NCBI GenBank assembly: GCA_965240325.2
Contig: OZ251229.1
Span: 868,001-932,000 of the forward strand
Direction of reading: 5' to 3'
Length of the DNA: 64,000 nucleotides
From: Rebecca billardiae RCC1528
Taxonomy: Eukaryota > Protista > Haptophyta
Position 1 is the first letter of the stretch. The number at the start of each line of letters is the position of its first letter. The notes under the pieces are model-generated. The model was not told the origin of the DNA. It made no database searches and saw nothing but the letters and a program-made list of their open reading frames with translations. The translations under genes and the position numbers were made by a program. Of the stretch, positions 11,394 through 22,650 are shown piece by piece.

Positions 11394-13313
11394 ATGGCGG
11401 GCGGAGTCATGGGTGGCCGCCACGCTGACGACGTCGGGCAGGCGCTCGATCGGCTGAGTCGTCGGCTGAGCGAGTCGGCGAGGCTCGGCGCGGCCGTCGA
11501 CCAGCTCATGACTCACCTGGACGCGCTGCAGCGCGCCCTGCTCGAGTGCGACGCGCAATACGATGGCCGAAGCCCGCGTGCTCCGCTCGACGCTGCGGCG
11601 ATCGAACCTCTCATCACGGCGCAGCGGCGGGTTTGGACGCACGCGGTGCGGATGCGCGAGGCCCTCGGGCGTTTGGACGTGCTCGACGCTACGCCTTACC
11701 AGCACGCCGCCCTGCGCCATCCTGCCTCCGCGGAGGGCTGGCTGGCCGCGCTGCCCTCCCCGCTCGCAGAAGCAGCACGCAACGGAAGCGAGCGCACGGG
11801 CGATGAGAAGGCGGAGGTGCGCGAGGGGCGATCGCGTGCTGTCGTGGGCGCTGGCACGACCATGCGCGCACGTGACGACGCCGAAAACGCGTGCCAGTCG
11901 ATCCTCACCGACGCGCATGGGGCCTCGCTCGGCGCGGGTCATGCCACCGGCACGCGCGGCAGCGGCGAGGGCGACACGGACGATGAGAAGCTGGAGCGCG
12001 CGAGGAGCGAGCGCGACCGCGCAGCCCGTGCGGCGCTGGCCCTCCAGCGCGCTCGCGCGGCGGACGCAGCCTCCGCCGAGCGCGCGCACGCCGAGCACCG
12101 CCGGCTGCTCCGGACGGAGCGCCGCGCCTCGGCCGCATGCGCGCGGCTGCTCGGCCTGGAGCTCGAGGCGACAGAGGCTGAGCTCGACGAGCTGCGGCGC
12201 GGGCGCGCGGCGGCGGCGCTCGAGGCGCGCGACGTGGCGCAGGCCGCGTGCCAGGCAGCCGCGAGGACGCGCGAGGGCAGGCTGAGAGCACAGCTTGAGC
12301 ACGAGCGCGAGCGCGCAGATGCCGCCGAGCTCGCACTAGCCGAGGCGAGGCGCGCGCCGGGCCGCGCAGAGGTGCTCGGCAGCGGCTGCGGCGGCGCGCT
12401 GAGCGAGCGGCTGTGCCGATCGGAGCTGCGCGCGCTGCGCGCGCGTGGGGCGTTCTCGCGCTGGGCGATCGGCGCGCTCGCACGCCGAGCGCGCGTGGCA
12501 CGCGCAGGCACGGCCTCGGCCGTGACTCCTGAGCTGAGGCCCCCGCTGGCGCGCGCGCTCGAGGCGGTCGCCCGCGGCGCGGAGGAGGTGCTGGCCGCGC
12601 AGGTGGCGGCGGCGGAGGCGGCCGACGCGCACGCGCAGGCGGCCGCTGGCGCGGTTGGCGCGCTGGAGGACGGCGTACTCGCGCGGGCGTGGCTCTGCGG
12701 GCGCGAGGGCGATGCGAGCCTTGCGCAGGCAGGCACAGAAACGGCCGCTGCTTACGGCGGTGGCATGCCGACGCTGTGGCGGCCGGCGGCGGGTGTGCAC
12801 GCACGGCCAGCTGTGCACGCGAGCGCGTGCGCGCAGGCCCTTGTCGCCCTCTGGCGGCGCGCGTGTGCCCGGCTGTGTGCGCGGCTACAGGTGAGCGAGC
12901 GGCGGGGCCCAACTGGCCCCACCAAGCGCGCGGCTGAGCAGGGAACGCATCAGCAAGCTCACGCCGCCCACGCCCGGCCTCCTTCGCCAGCTGAGCCAGA
13001 GGGTGGCGCGGGCATCGAGGCCGTTGTGGATGAGCTGAAGGCGTGCCTGGAGGCGACGCAGGCGCTGTGTGCGGCGCAGCAGGCTGCGGCAGGGGCCGCC
13101 GCCGCAGCCATCGCAGGCGAGCAGCTCCAGTCTGCTGCTCACGCGCTGGTCGGGGCTGCGGTTGCGCTCGGAGGGCCGCCGCTCGTGGAGCTGCTGCCCG
13201 ACGCGGTGGATGCGCACGGACGCGCGGGCAAGGCGGGAGGTCGAGGGTACTCCAGGGCGGCTGCGGCGCGGGAGCTCGAGCACTCGCTCGAACACGGTGG
13301 CGGCGACTGCTAA
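11394..13313 (+). CDS. Hypothetical Ala-rich coiled-coil protein
   Basis: Long ORF with an E/A/R/L-rich heptad region (ELEATEAELDELRRG...RAQLEHERERADAAELALAEA). No recognisable domain. Confidence 0.6.
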   Translation: MAGGVMGGRHADDVGQALDRLSRRLSESARLGAAVDQLMTHLDALQRALLECDAQYDGRSPRAPLDAAAIEPLITAQRRVWTHAVRMREALGRLDVLDATPYQHAALRHPASAEGWLAALPSPLAEAARNGSERTGDEKAEVREGRSRAVVGAGTTMRARDDAENACQSILTDAHGASLGAGHATGTRGSGEGDTDDEKLERARSERDRAARAALALQRARAADAASAERAHAEHRRLLRTERRASAACARLLGLELEATEAELDELRRGRAAAALEARDVAQAACQAAARTREGRLRAQLEHERERADAAELALAEARRAPGRAEVLGSGCGGALSERLCRSELRALRARGAFSRWAIGALARRARVARAGTASAVTPELRPPLARALEAVARGAEEVLAAQVAAAEAADAHAQAAAGAVGALEDGVLARAWLCGREGDASLAQAGTETAAAYGGGMPTLWRPAAGVHARPAVHASACAQALVALWRRACARLCARLQVSERRGPTGPTKRAAEQGTHQQAHAAHARPPSPAEPEGGAGIEAVVDELKACLEATQALCAAQQAAAGAAAAAIAGEQLQSAAHALVGAAVALGGPPLVELLPDAVDAHGRAGKAGGRGYSRAAAARELEHSLEHGGGDC

Positions 13314-13465
13314 TGCTGCCGCGCGCGGTCTAAACTGACTAAACTCTAGAGTCTAGTCTCTATATACGAGTTCACTTCATTCATCAATATGATTGAAATA
13401 AATATATTTTTCATTCGGCGTCGACGTCGTCAGTGTAGTAACGGTAGCCAGCAGTATATATTAGG

Positions 13466-14559
13466 CTAGGACTTCTTATTATTCATGCGCAGTCTCGTTC
13501 TACAACTCGACGATGATGACGCGCGCGGCAGTATTAGCAGCCGCCGCCACCGTGCATGTTCGAGCGAGTTGATGGGCGCAGCCACGCCCCGATTGACGAG
13601 GCCGTCGCTCAGCAATACGGACAGCATGCCTTGGCCACGCATCGTGCGCAGGTGGCCAAGCGCGGCGGCGAAGCTCGCCATTGGGACGGTCGAGCCCTCT
13701 GGCCGCCGATCAAGCACACTCGGGGTATTGCGTGCAGCGGCGCCCGTGAGGGGGTCGGCTGCAGGGGCCGCTGCCGTCGGTGCAGCGTCCCCACTAGTGG
13801 GCGGGTTCCTTGCTGGGCGCGCCTGTGCGTGCGGTGGGTGGTGTTGCGTGCAGGCGGTGCTGCCGTGGTGGCGCGGTCGGCCTCTGGGAAGTTGAGCTCG
13901 TCCCGCTGGCACTGGCTGCCACGTTCACGCACTGCCGCGTCGTGGGCTCGCGCCGCCTCAATCTCCGTCTGGAAATGGCCGACATGGACAGGCGTCTCGT
14001 CGATGAAGAGCACAGCCACCCACTTGGCCGTGCGCGCTTGCCAGCGTACACCACGATACTTGGATCTCACCTTCTGCTTGGACTGCCTTTCGGCCGCGGA
14101 TGCGCCCGTGACGTTGTGGTGCGCTCGCTTCGCAGACCGCTTCGCGGACCCACGCTTTGATATTTGTTGCCTGTTGCACAAAACGGCAACGATGGCCTTC
14201 TCGTCTGCGGTGAGCTTGTAGCCGCCGCTTGGCGGCGCAAAGTTGGGGATGCGTTTCGGGGGCGAGGGAGATTCATCGCCAAGCGGTCGTAGCCCAGAGC
14301 TGCTTCACGAGCGGTTTCATAGCTACTCGCGCAGAAGGGCGACCCCTTGATGATGACCTGGGCGCACCAGCCTTCCTTCACCTTCACGATGCCAGTGTAT
14401 GGCTTGGCCGTTGGGCCCTTGTGCTGTGTGCCAGGGGTGGCATCGGCCGCGAGAGGGCTGTCACGGCGCAAATTGATCGGCACCGTGCTCTGAGGTCGCC
14501 AGCTTCCGTCCTCGTCCTCCCCCGCGTCGCTCGTGTCGGTCAAGATCTTCCACGTCCAT
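13466..14559 (-). pseudogene. Frameshifted AP2/ERF transcription factor gene with two AP2 domains
   Basis: AP2-1: KPYTGIVKVKEGWCAQVII...YETAREAALGYDRLA...PNF. AP2-2: SKYRGVRWQARTAKWVAVL...GHFQTEIEAARAHDAA...LNFP. They lie in different frames, with indels near 14543, in the C-run at ~14260 and probably after AP2-2. Confidence 0.75.
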
Positions 14560-14863
14560 GGCCACGACCGCGCGGGTTGTTATCACCCGCGAGATCCGAA
14601 GCGGCCGGAGCAGGGGCCTCAGGAACCGCAGGACTCTGACGAACGGAGCCACGGACCGTTGGTCCACCACGAAGGGTGCTGAAAGTGTCCACTTCGCGCG
14701 CAGAAGGCAAGTTCCGCTCGGCATTTCCGGGCAAACCGTCGCCAGCCGCCACTTATTCGCCGCGAGTGACGGGGCGCGCGAGAGACTTCCCCCGCAAGTT
14801 CAGGTTGACGCGATCGTCATCGTCTTCAGGCTTAAGCACGCGCGGACGCACACCACTCACGAG

Positions 14864-16705
14864 ATGGCCGAGGTGGCCCCGCCGCGGGAGCTCTTCAACG
14901 CGAAGGTGCAGGTCACCGAGATCAAGCGCTCTCGCGCCGAGGTCGACGATCTCCAGTCGCGCGTCGCCGCTCTCACCACCGGCGTGGACAGCGTATCCTC
15001 CACGTGGCGCACGCAGCGCATGCGCTGGGATGTCGTGATCAACACGTCACTCGGCGGCGCCTTCCCCGCGGAGTCGCAGAAGAAGGTGGGCAAGACGGCG
15101 CAGAAGCAGATCATCGTCGAGTCCAAGAACGACAAGGCCGCAGGCCGCTTCAAGGACATTGCCGACGAGGTGAACCGGCGTGTGCGCCGCCACTCGCACA
15201 TTGGCATTGAGCCGAGCGCGGACGCGAGCGGCGTGTGCTCGCTCGACGTGGCGTCGCTCCGGCACTACTCGCAGGCGCAGCGGCAGGACGAGTCGTTCCG
15301 CTCCACACTCGCCGCCGCCCTCCAGCCGCTCCCCGCCTTCTTCAAGGCGGTCGACGCGCGGACGGACGAGCCAATGAACGCGGACAGCTGGGCGGCGAGC
15401 GCTGAGCAGAAGTATGCGCAGAGCTTCGACATGTTCACCGCGGTGGCGCGGCGGGTGAGCGGTCGGCACGTGGCGTACATCCTGCCTGTCGGCCGGCTCA
15501 ACCCCACGCACATCGTCGTCGCGCGCGAGGCCGCCGAATCGATGCTCGGCGTGCGCGTGATCACGCTCGAGCCGCTGCTGAAGCCGCGCAAGAAGCACCG
15601 CTCAGTGGTGGACGACCTGCTCGCGTCCGCGGTGGAGCTCACCTCGGCGGCGGAGGGCTCGCTCACCGTCGCTCGGCAGTCGTTCCTCACCATCGTCCTC
15701 GCCGGCGTGCCCCTGCCGCCGAGCAGCGCGTGCGGCGTGCACACCTCCGGCACGGGCAGCAGCAGCCGCGCCGTGCTCGTCCCGTGCTGCGCTGAGCAGC
15801 CGCCACAGCCGCAGCCTGCCAAGGTGACCCCAACCGCGTCGCCGCCCGGGACGCCGCCGGCGCCGGCGACGACGAGCGCGGCATCGCGCGGCGGCATGAC
15901 GCTCCCGCGCATTGACGCGGGCGCGCGCGCCACCCAGGCCGCGCGCCCCTCCTCGCCGATCCCGATGCGTCGGACCTCGGTACCCACCACCACCAAGCGC
16001 AGCAGCGCGCAGTCTGACCAGCGACGGGCCAGCCACGACAGCGCCTCGCCCGCGCGCCGCTCGTCCGTCTCACCGTCGCCCGTCAAGCTGCGACCGGGCG
16101 CGAACACGCTCAGCACGTCGGCGGCTGGGCTGCGCCCGGGCTCCAACGGCGCATCGCGCCCCGGCTCGTCGGGCAGCCAGGGCGGCGGCAGCGGCGGCAG
16201 CGGCGGCAGCGGCGGTAGCAGCAGCTCGTCGACACAGGCGGCCCCGGCTGACGTCGCGCTGCTCGTCACGCGCGCGATCGGCAGCTCGCTGGGCATGTCG
16301 TACTGCTGCTCGTTCAAATGCGCGATGGCGTCGCACAGCCACCACCTCAGCGCGCACCTGTGCCCGGTGTGCCTGCGCAAGCTGCTGTGGGCCACGCCCG
16401 TCTCCCTGGTCGCGCACTACGCGGCACAGCGGGACGTGTGCTTGGCGACGGAGCGCGCGGCATCAACGCGCGTGGCGCCGCGGCCACGTCTCGTGCCGAA
16501 TGTTGACGCGAGGACCGAGCTGCGCTGGCTCGACCAGCGTCGGGAATACTTGTTCGGCGAGTCAAACCCGTCGGAGGGTGACGCAGACGGCGGCGCAGAC
16601 GCGTCCTTCAAGAGCGCGCCGGCGGATGCGCCCATCCCAGAGAGCCTCCGGGCACCGGAGGGGCCACTCGAGCGCCTGCGCCGCGCACGCCGCAGCATTG
16701 GCTGA
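14864..16705 (+). CDS. Archaemetzincin (peptidase M54)-like protein with degenerate zinc site
   Basis: N-terminal DSW...EQKYAQSFDMF...HVAYILPVG and C-terminal VTRAIGSSLGMSYCCSFKCAM...LCPVCLRKL match the M54 layout. The HExxHxxGxxH position reads RAIGSSLGMSY. Confidence 0.65.
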   Translation: MAEVAPPRELFNAKVQVTEIKRSRAEVDDLQSRVAALTTGVDSVSSTWRTQRMRWDVVINTSLGGAFPAESQKKVGKTAQKQIIVESKNDKAAGRFKDIADEVNRRVRRHSHIGIEPSADASGVCSLDVASLRHYSQAQRQDESFRSTLAAALQPLPAFFKAVDARTDEPMNADSWAASAEQKYAQSFDMFTAVARRVSGRHVAYILPVGRLNPTHIVVAREAAESMLGVRVITLEPLLKPRKKHRSVVDDLLASAVELTSAAEGSLTVARQSFLTIVLAGVPLPPSSACGVHTSGTGSSSRAVLVPCCAEQPPQPQPAKVTPTASPPGTPPAPATTSAASRGGMTLPRIDAGARATQAARPSSPIPMRRTSVPTTTKRSSAQSDQRRASHDSASPARRSSVSPSPVKLRPGANTLSTSAAGLRPGSNGASRPGSSGSQGGGSGGSGGSGGSSSSSTQAAPADVALLVTRAIGSSLGMSYCCSFKCAMASHSHHLSAHLCPVCLRKLLWATPVSLVAHYAAQRDVCLATERAASTRVAPRPRLVPNVDARTELRWLDQRREYLFGESNPSEGDADGGADASFKSAPADAPIPESLRAPEGPLERLRRARRSIG

Positions 16706-16847
16706 GCCTGATCCGCATGATGCTGCTCATGTAACAGCATCCTATATAGTGCTGCCGCGGGCGCACATAATCTGCTGATCGTCTTAGGATATGACTGATC
16801 TGCCTCAGACGCAGCATGCCACAATTGGCTGGTCGTCGCCTCAAGAG

Positions 16848-18916
16848 TCAAGTGCCGGTGCGCCGCCGGCCCTCCTGCTCACGCAGGAAGATGTCAAGGT
16901 TCATCTGCGCCTCGTGCGCGCTCTCGCTCTTCGGGCCGTGCGCCGCGACCATTCCACGCGCGACGCGGCGGTAGAGCGCCTCGGCACGTGCGTAATCCTG
17001 CATGCACTCGTCGAGGAAGATGGCAAAGTTGGACACGGACGTGAGCGTGTCCGGATGGTCAGCGCCGAGCTGCGCCTCGCGGCCGGCGACCGCGCGCTCG
17101 TAGAGGCTCTTGGCCTCGTCCAGCCGCTGTCGTGCCTCGAGCAGCACGGCCAGATTGCCTACCAGCAGGAGCGTGTCCGGATGCGTGGGCCCGAGCGTGC
17201 GCTCCGACGCGTCGAGCGTGCGGCGGTACAGCGCCTCTGCCTCGCCCAGCTTGCCGCGCTCCTTGAGCAGCGCGCCAAGGTTGTTCAGTGCGGTGAGCGT
17301 GTCCGGGTGGTCGGCGCCGAGCACCGCCTCGCGCGCGCCGAGCACGCGCCGCATCAGCTCCTCCGCCTCGCCGAGCGCGCCGCGCGACTTGAGCAGGAGC
17401 GCGAGGTTGTTGCTCGCGGCGAGCGTCGCCGGGTGCCGCGCGCCGTGCAGGTGTGTGAAGCCGCGCACGCAGCGGCGCAGCAGCGGCTCGGCCTCGTCCA
17501 GCCGCCCGAGCGTGCGCAGCGCCAGGCCGGCGCTGTTGGCAGACTGCAGTGTATCGGGGTGCTCCGGTCCGAGCAGGGCCTGGCGGCCCTCGAGCGCGCG
17601 GCGCAGCAGCGGCTCGGCCTCGCCCGGCTTGCCGCGCGCGCCGAGCAGCACGGCGAGGTTGTGCGCCGCGCGCAGCGAATCTGCGTGGTCCGCGCCGAGC
17701 GCGCGCGTGCGCTGCTCGAGCACATTCCGAAGCAGCGGCTCCGCGTCGGCGAGCCGCCCGCTGTCCTCGAGCAGCAGGGCGCGGTTGGTGCGCACGATGA
17801 GCGTGAGCTCGTGGCTCGCGCCCAGCGCGCGCTCCGCACCGCCGAGCGCCTGCTTGCTCAGCGGCCCCGCCTCCTCCAGCCTGCCCAGAGTCTTGAGCAG
17901 GAGCGCGACCTGATTGGTGAGCGACCAGCCAGGCCGCCACGCGCTCCTGAGAAAGCCAAGCGCAGTGTCGCACAGCCAGCCGCGGAGGGCTTGCAGCACG
18001 AGCTGGTCGAGGCGGTCCACGCCGCCGGGAGCCGACTCTGCCGCGCGCAGGATCCGCGCCTGGTCCTCCGCGCTGAACGCCGACGCGTTCGCCAGCGAGA
18101 CGGCGCTCAGGCTCGCCGCGATCGCCTCGAACTGGTCCCCGAGGACGGCGCGGAACGAATTCGCTTCGGCACCGGGCATCTGCACGCTCAGCCGGGCGTC
18201 AGCGGAGCACGTGGCGTAGATCTCGAAGAGGCACCACGAGCGCGTGAACACGACCGGCGCCGCCCACGGCGTGAGCACGAGCAGCGTGTGCCCGATGCGC
18301 TGCACCGCCTCCTGGAAAGTTCCAGTCCACCACCCAAACGGCCGCGCGGCGGTGCCCCACTGGTTGTTCATGCACAGGTCGAACCACACAAAGTCGGACG
18401 CGCGCAGGCCGGCGCGCTCGATGGCTTCCACCGTGTTCGCGAAGACGTACACCCACGCGTCTGCGCGGCGCGTGGCCGCCGCGGCCGCGCGCGTGGTGCT
18501 TCATGGAGGGGGTCTCGCGCGCGCGCGCGCGCGCGCGCGCGCGCGGGGGGGGGGGGGGGGGGGGGGGGGGAGCGCGCACGTGAGACGAACACCGTCGCCG
18601 GGCCTAAGTCGGACGGCTCGAGCAGCTCAAAGTGCGCGCATTTGCGCGCATCGGTCACGGGTTTGACCACCTCGAAACAAACGTCTTCGGTGGTGAGCGC
18701 GGTGCCCGCGGCGCGCGTGGAGGGCGGCTGCTCCCACGACCGCCACAGGCGTGGTGGACCGGCCTCTGCTTGGCGGCGGCGCGCTTCGTCGCGCAGCCGC
18801 TGTAGCACGCGCAGCCGTACGCCGCGTGATAGCTCATCGGTCGGCGCGAGCGACACCTGCTTTAGTGGAGCTTCCTCGCGCGCGTCGGCCGGCTTGGACG
18901 GCGCGCAGCCGCCCAT
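16848..18916 (-). CDS. Kinesin-light-chain-type TPR repeat protein; exons 18916-18580 and 18460-16848
   Basis: 42-aa TPRs (LGADHPDTLTALNNLGALLKERGKLGEAEALYRR). Splicing the GT..AG intron 18579-18461 restores ATVFVSHAW and gives 650 codons. N-terminal MGGCAPSK suggests acylation. Confidence 0.88.
18516..18570. repeat. Intronic (CG)n tract joined to a poly-G run
   Basis: About 30 bp of alternating CG followed by about 25 G, inside the TPR gene intron. Confidence 0.85.
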
Positions 18917-18985
18917 CGTGCGAGTCGTCGCGAATCTGTACGACACCCTTCAGCGCTTGGCTGGTCCGGTGACTGTGTCTCTTAT

Positions 18986-20583
18986 GGCGGGCCGTAGGTC
19001 CGCCCCTTGTAGTGCCCGGGAAAAAGATAAGAAAAAGAAAAGGGAAAAAGAAAATCGCCTCGCAGAGAAAAGAAAATCGTCGCCGCTTCGCTCACTACCG
19101 GGCGCCCTCGCAGCTCCCACTGGGGACGCTCGGCCGAAAACCATCTTGGCCATGGCGCGGAGCGCATGGGCGGCGCGCGCCGAATCCAACGCCGGCGCGG
19201 ACATCGCGCGAGGATTCCCGAGACGTGTTTTCGCCCGATTCGCGATTGCTGCCCTCGTCGTCTCGCGTGCAGGTCGAACGGGGGCTGAATCGACGCGTTT
19301 GGAGCGGTACGCTCGGCGCGTCGACACGATCGTGCGACCTGGGGCGATCCTCGCCCGACGTGCACGTCGAAAGCTCGCACCGGCCATAGCATCATGCGCT
19401 GCGCACGATGGCCGCCTCGCGCGATCCACCGTCGCGCGTCGGGCTCGGTGCGGAAACGCATTCATCACGAGGCGTCTCGCGGGCGGGAAGCGCCATCGCA
19501 CGCGACGCAAGCTTTGGCGCGGCCTTCTGAACACCATAACCGGAATCCACACACCGGACTGTCGCGTGCCCCGGTTGGCAAGGTCGGGCGCATGCAAATC
19601 CGTTTGCTACGATCGGTGGTTTTCCAGAGCGAGCGATCATCTTTCACGCTCGCGAGCTCGCGACCAAAGATCGCTCGGCGCCTGAGGGCCCACGTCCAGC
19701 CTGCAATCCCTGCATGGCGTCGACGGTGGCCAGTGCGACGGAGGCGCAGCGCGAAGCGGCGTACGAGGCGCACCGCACGCACCTGCCGGTTCTGCCGCCG
19801 TGGCCGGAATCGCGTTGAGTCTTCGCGAGTCGGCGACTGAGGCGACAGCGCGCTATAACCGATCCCAGGTGCGCATTCGCGACGAGCTGAAACGTCGCGC
19901 GTGCAAGATCGCCGCACCATCCTTGTCCATGGCACGGTCGCTGCGGGACGAGGCCAACGTCGTAAAGCCAGTGGCGCATGCGCTGCGCTTCCTGTGCCTG
20001 CTCGAACAGCGCGTGCCCACCCTCGATCGCGAGTGGCACACGCTCTCGCACTGCGCGCGCGCGCACCACCGAGAGCTCCTGATTATGATACCGCCGAACG
20101 TGCGAGTGCCGGACCTGTCGCGCGGAGCGGCGAGCGCCGACGAGCGCTTGGACCTGGACGCGCTGTTGCGCAGCGTGGCGGCCGTGCACGACGCCAGACG
20201 CGACTGCTTCGCCGAGCCCATCGTGCCCGGAGCGGACATTGGCATCCTCGCGACACACGATCTCAGCTGGCAGCACGAGGAGATGCTCACAATCTCCTCT
20301 GGCGGATTCGTCGGCGGCGAGGTGCTCGACTACGTCATCGCGGTCGAGATGCGGCACATGGACATGCAGCGCGTACGCACACTGTCGGTGAGCTCGCACC
20401 AGAGTCATCTGTCGCGTTATTATTCGTCAGTGAGTCAGGTAGCTCACCATCATCTGTGTGTCGCATTGTTATTCGTCATCCTGCCCGTCAAACCGCTAAA
20501 TAAAAGACGCGAACCCGCTGGGGAAATATTGCGACAGCACTGGCACGGCCCGCCGACCCCCCCGCCCGCCAGGGCAGAGTTTT
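18986..20583 (+). mobile_element. Non-autonomous Helentron/Helitron2-like element, family A, copy 1
   Basis: Inverted homolog of 27941-29516. 5' GGCGGGCCGT (18986-18995), subterminal inverted ACGGCCCGCC (20545-20554), small hairpin GCCC-GCCA-GGGC (20564-20575) and a T-rich end. Carries a coding fragment (ORF 19800..20591). Confidence 0.6.
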
Positions 20584-20793
20584 CTTATTAGTAAACTGTA
20601 CCTTCTTAGTTTTTCAAACTGCAACGTGGGCCGTGATCGAATCGCCCGGGCAGCACGGATGCCGCAGACCTGCCAGGGCGGTTGGGGACCTCCGGCGGGG
20701 GCTGACACCTCCGAATTACGGCACGCGCACTGTCGCCCTCGCGTACTACTACGACCGGCTGTTGCATCAAAAAAACATGCGACGAAGAACGAA

Positions 20794-20845
20794 GTGTGAG
20801 CAAGGGGCTTACAAAAGTGGTATTTTGTAAGCCCCTTGGTGTGAG
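20794..20845. mobile_element. 38-bp P-superfamily-like remnant or excision footprint with 7-bp TSD
   Basis: GTGTGAG | CAAGGGGCTTACAAAA-GTGGTA-TTTTGTAAGCCCCTTG | GTGTGAG: a perfect 16-bp IR starting CAAGG, flanked by a 7-bp direct repeat. Confidence 0.7.
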
Positions 20846-20999
20846 TGGCAGCGCCCGCGCTTCGCGGACCGTTCACAGTGTGGGCGCGCTGGCCGGTGAG
20901 TGGGCTTCCTCGAGGCGTCGCGTGCTGGCGTCGACGCCCAGGCTATGCTCTTCATCGGGCGTGGCCGACGATGTGCCGCCTGTTCACACCACGAGGCGC

Positions 21000-21743
21000 T
21001 CAGACCCCAGCCACCTCGCACTCCTCCTCGGACTCGCAGCCGTCGAGTGCGAGGAAGCCCGACAGCATGTCGAGCGACTCGTCATCCACCGGCACGACAT
21101 GCCCGCCTGGGTGGCGCATCACGGTGCCCGCCGCGCCGAAGCACTTCCACACGGCAGTCGCCTGCTCCGGCGGCTCCATGTCGTCAGCGTCGCCGATCAC
21201 GTGAAGCGTGTCGCAGCCCAGGAGCGCGATGCCCTCCACGTCGCTCAGGGCCTCCAGGTCGCCGCCAAACGGCTTTGGCCAAGCGGCGCCGACGATGGCA
21301 GCCTTGCGCGGCAGGTTCGCTGACTCGCCGTTGAGGCGCTTCTGCGGGTTCTGCGCGATGTAAAACGCCATCAGCATCGCCCCTTGGCTGAAGCCCAGCA
21401 TACCGTCGAGCTCGCCGTGCTCGCCAAACGCCGCATCGATCGCGGCGATCGACTCCTCCACGCCCTCGTACGAGTCGGCTTCATAGCTGCGCACGCCGGG
21501 AGGCAGCTTCCACCACTGGCGGCCGTTGCCGTCCGACGGGAACGGCGCGTCGATGAAGACCAGCTCCGCTGCGGAGCCGAGGCGCTCGCTCAGCGGCGCC
21601 GGGCGGCGCGCAAATGATGCCGCGTCACCGCCCTTGCCGTGCAGCGTGAGGATGCGCTTGAAGCGCGTGGCTGCGCTACCAGCCGCCATCGAGGCTGCGA
21701 TCGTCACGAGAAGGAGGGCACGGGGCACGATCCTGCTGCGCAT
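21000..21743 (-). CDS. FSH1/OVCA2-family serine hydrolase with signal peptide
   Basis: Motifs RILTLHG, FIDAP, GMLGFSQGA (nucleophile), TLHVIGDADD and HPGGHVVP. Confidence 0.88.
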   Translation of the reverse strand: MRSRIVPRALLLVTIAASMAAGSAATRFKRILTLHGKGGDAASFARRPAPLSERLGSAAELVFIDAPFPSDGNGRQWWKLPPGVRSYEADSYEGVEESIAAIDAAFGEHGELDGMLGFSQGAMLMAFYIAQNPQKRLNGESANLPRKAAIVGAAWPKPFGGDLEALSDVEGIALLGCDTLHVIGDADDMEPPEQATAVWKCFGAAGTVMRHPGGHVVPVDDESLDMLSGFLALDGCESEEECEVAGV

Positions 21744-21984
21744 CCACTCACCGACGGCAACCCGGCTCGCAACCTCGCACGTGCAGTGCGCAGCGTCGTC
21801 AGGGACCCGAGACCAAACCCGATCGAGACCCCTCGGCAGCGCGAGTTGCCAGACTTGTAGTCAGTTTGAGTTGTGCCGGCGCGGGCTCGCGCGGCCGCGG
21901 CTGCGACCGACTCACCGAGATCTCAGCTCAGGTGCTATATACCTTTCGGGGGCCCGGGGCCGTGCGCCACCAGTATGCGTGATG

Positions 21985-22068
21985 TATAAGATATATATAT
22001 ATATATATATGTGTAGTATATACATATATATGTAGTATATATATATATATGTATATGCGTATATATAT
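21985..22068. repeat. (TA)n-rich microsatellite
   Basis: Interrupted TA dinucleotide runs. Confidence 0.9.
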
Positions 22069-22108
22069 TGTCGATCTGAATCGATTAAATTATCAGTAGC
22101 ATTTAATA

Positions 22109-22137
22109 TACAGTTTACTATGATTTAACGTGCACAC
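22109..22137 (+). mobile_element. Solo Tc1/mariner-like end, type B (TA|CAGTTTACTATGATTTAACGTGCACA)
   Basis: Shares the terminal CAGTTTACTA with type A. Reverse copy at 38315-38347 and a degenerate one at 3631-3654. Confidence 0.6.
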
Positions 22138-22650
22138 TTGGTTAAGGCGTGATTAACGCCATCCAACACTGCACAAAGACAGTGCGGCACTTATGTTATA
22201 AGTGATGCCGTGTAGTGAGTATGCCTTAGGAGCAGCCGCCATCCGCGGCGACGATGTGGCAGCCTGTGCCGGAGCTGTGGGCCAGGCCAGGCTGCGCGCC
22301 CGGCACGTGATACGTATGCGTCACGCCACACGCCGGCACGCCCGGCACCGACTGACCGAGTGAGTGACGCGCAGCCGCGAGCACTGGCGCCGCCGAGCGC
22401 CATCATTGCCACATCAATGGCCACTCTCTGGCGTGCCGCCCGCCCGCACCGTCGCACTGCGTCGTAAAACGAGGAACGACAGGTCGTAGCGGCCGAGCAG
22501 TAGCGATGCTTATGCTCTCCTCCAGTTGCGAATCGCGATCTCTGAGCTGCACGCATGATGCCGGTGTCCGTTGTGCTGGTGGTGGCGTGCAAGCAGGTGG
22601 CAGAGACCAAGTCCAGGCAGCTCGGTCCGAGTTCATCGACGCGACGAAGC

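Noticed and set aside
16791-19685. 964-aa + strand ORF
   Set aside because: It is the antisense shadow of the TPR gene running into a repeat; long stop-free frames are expected at this GC content.
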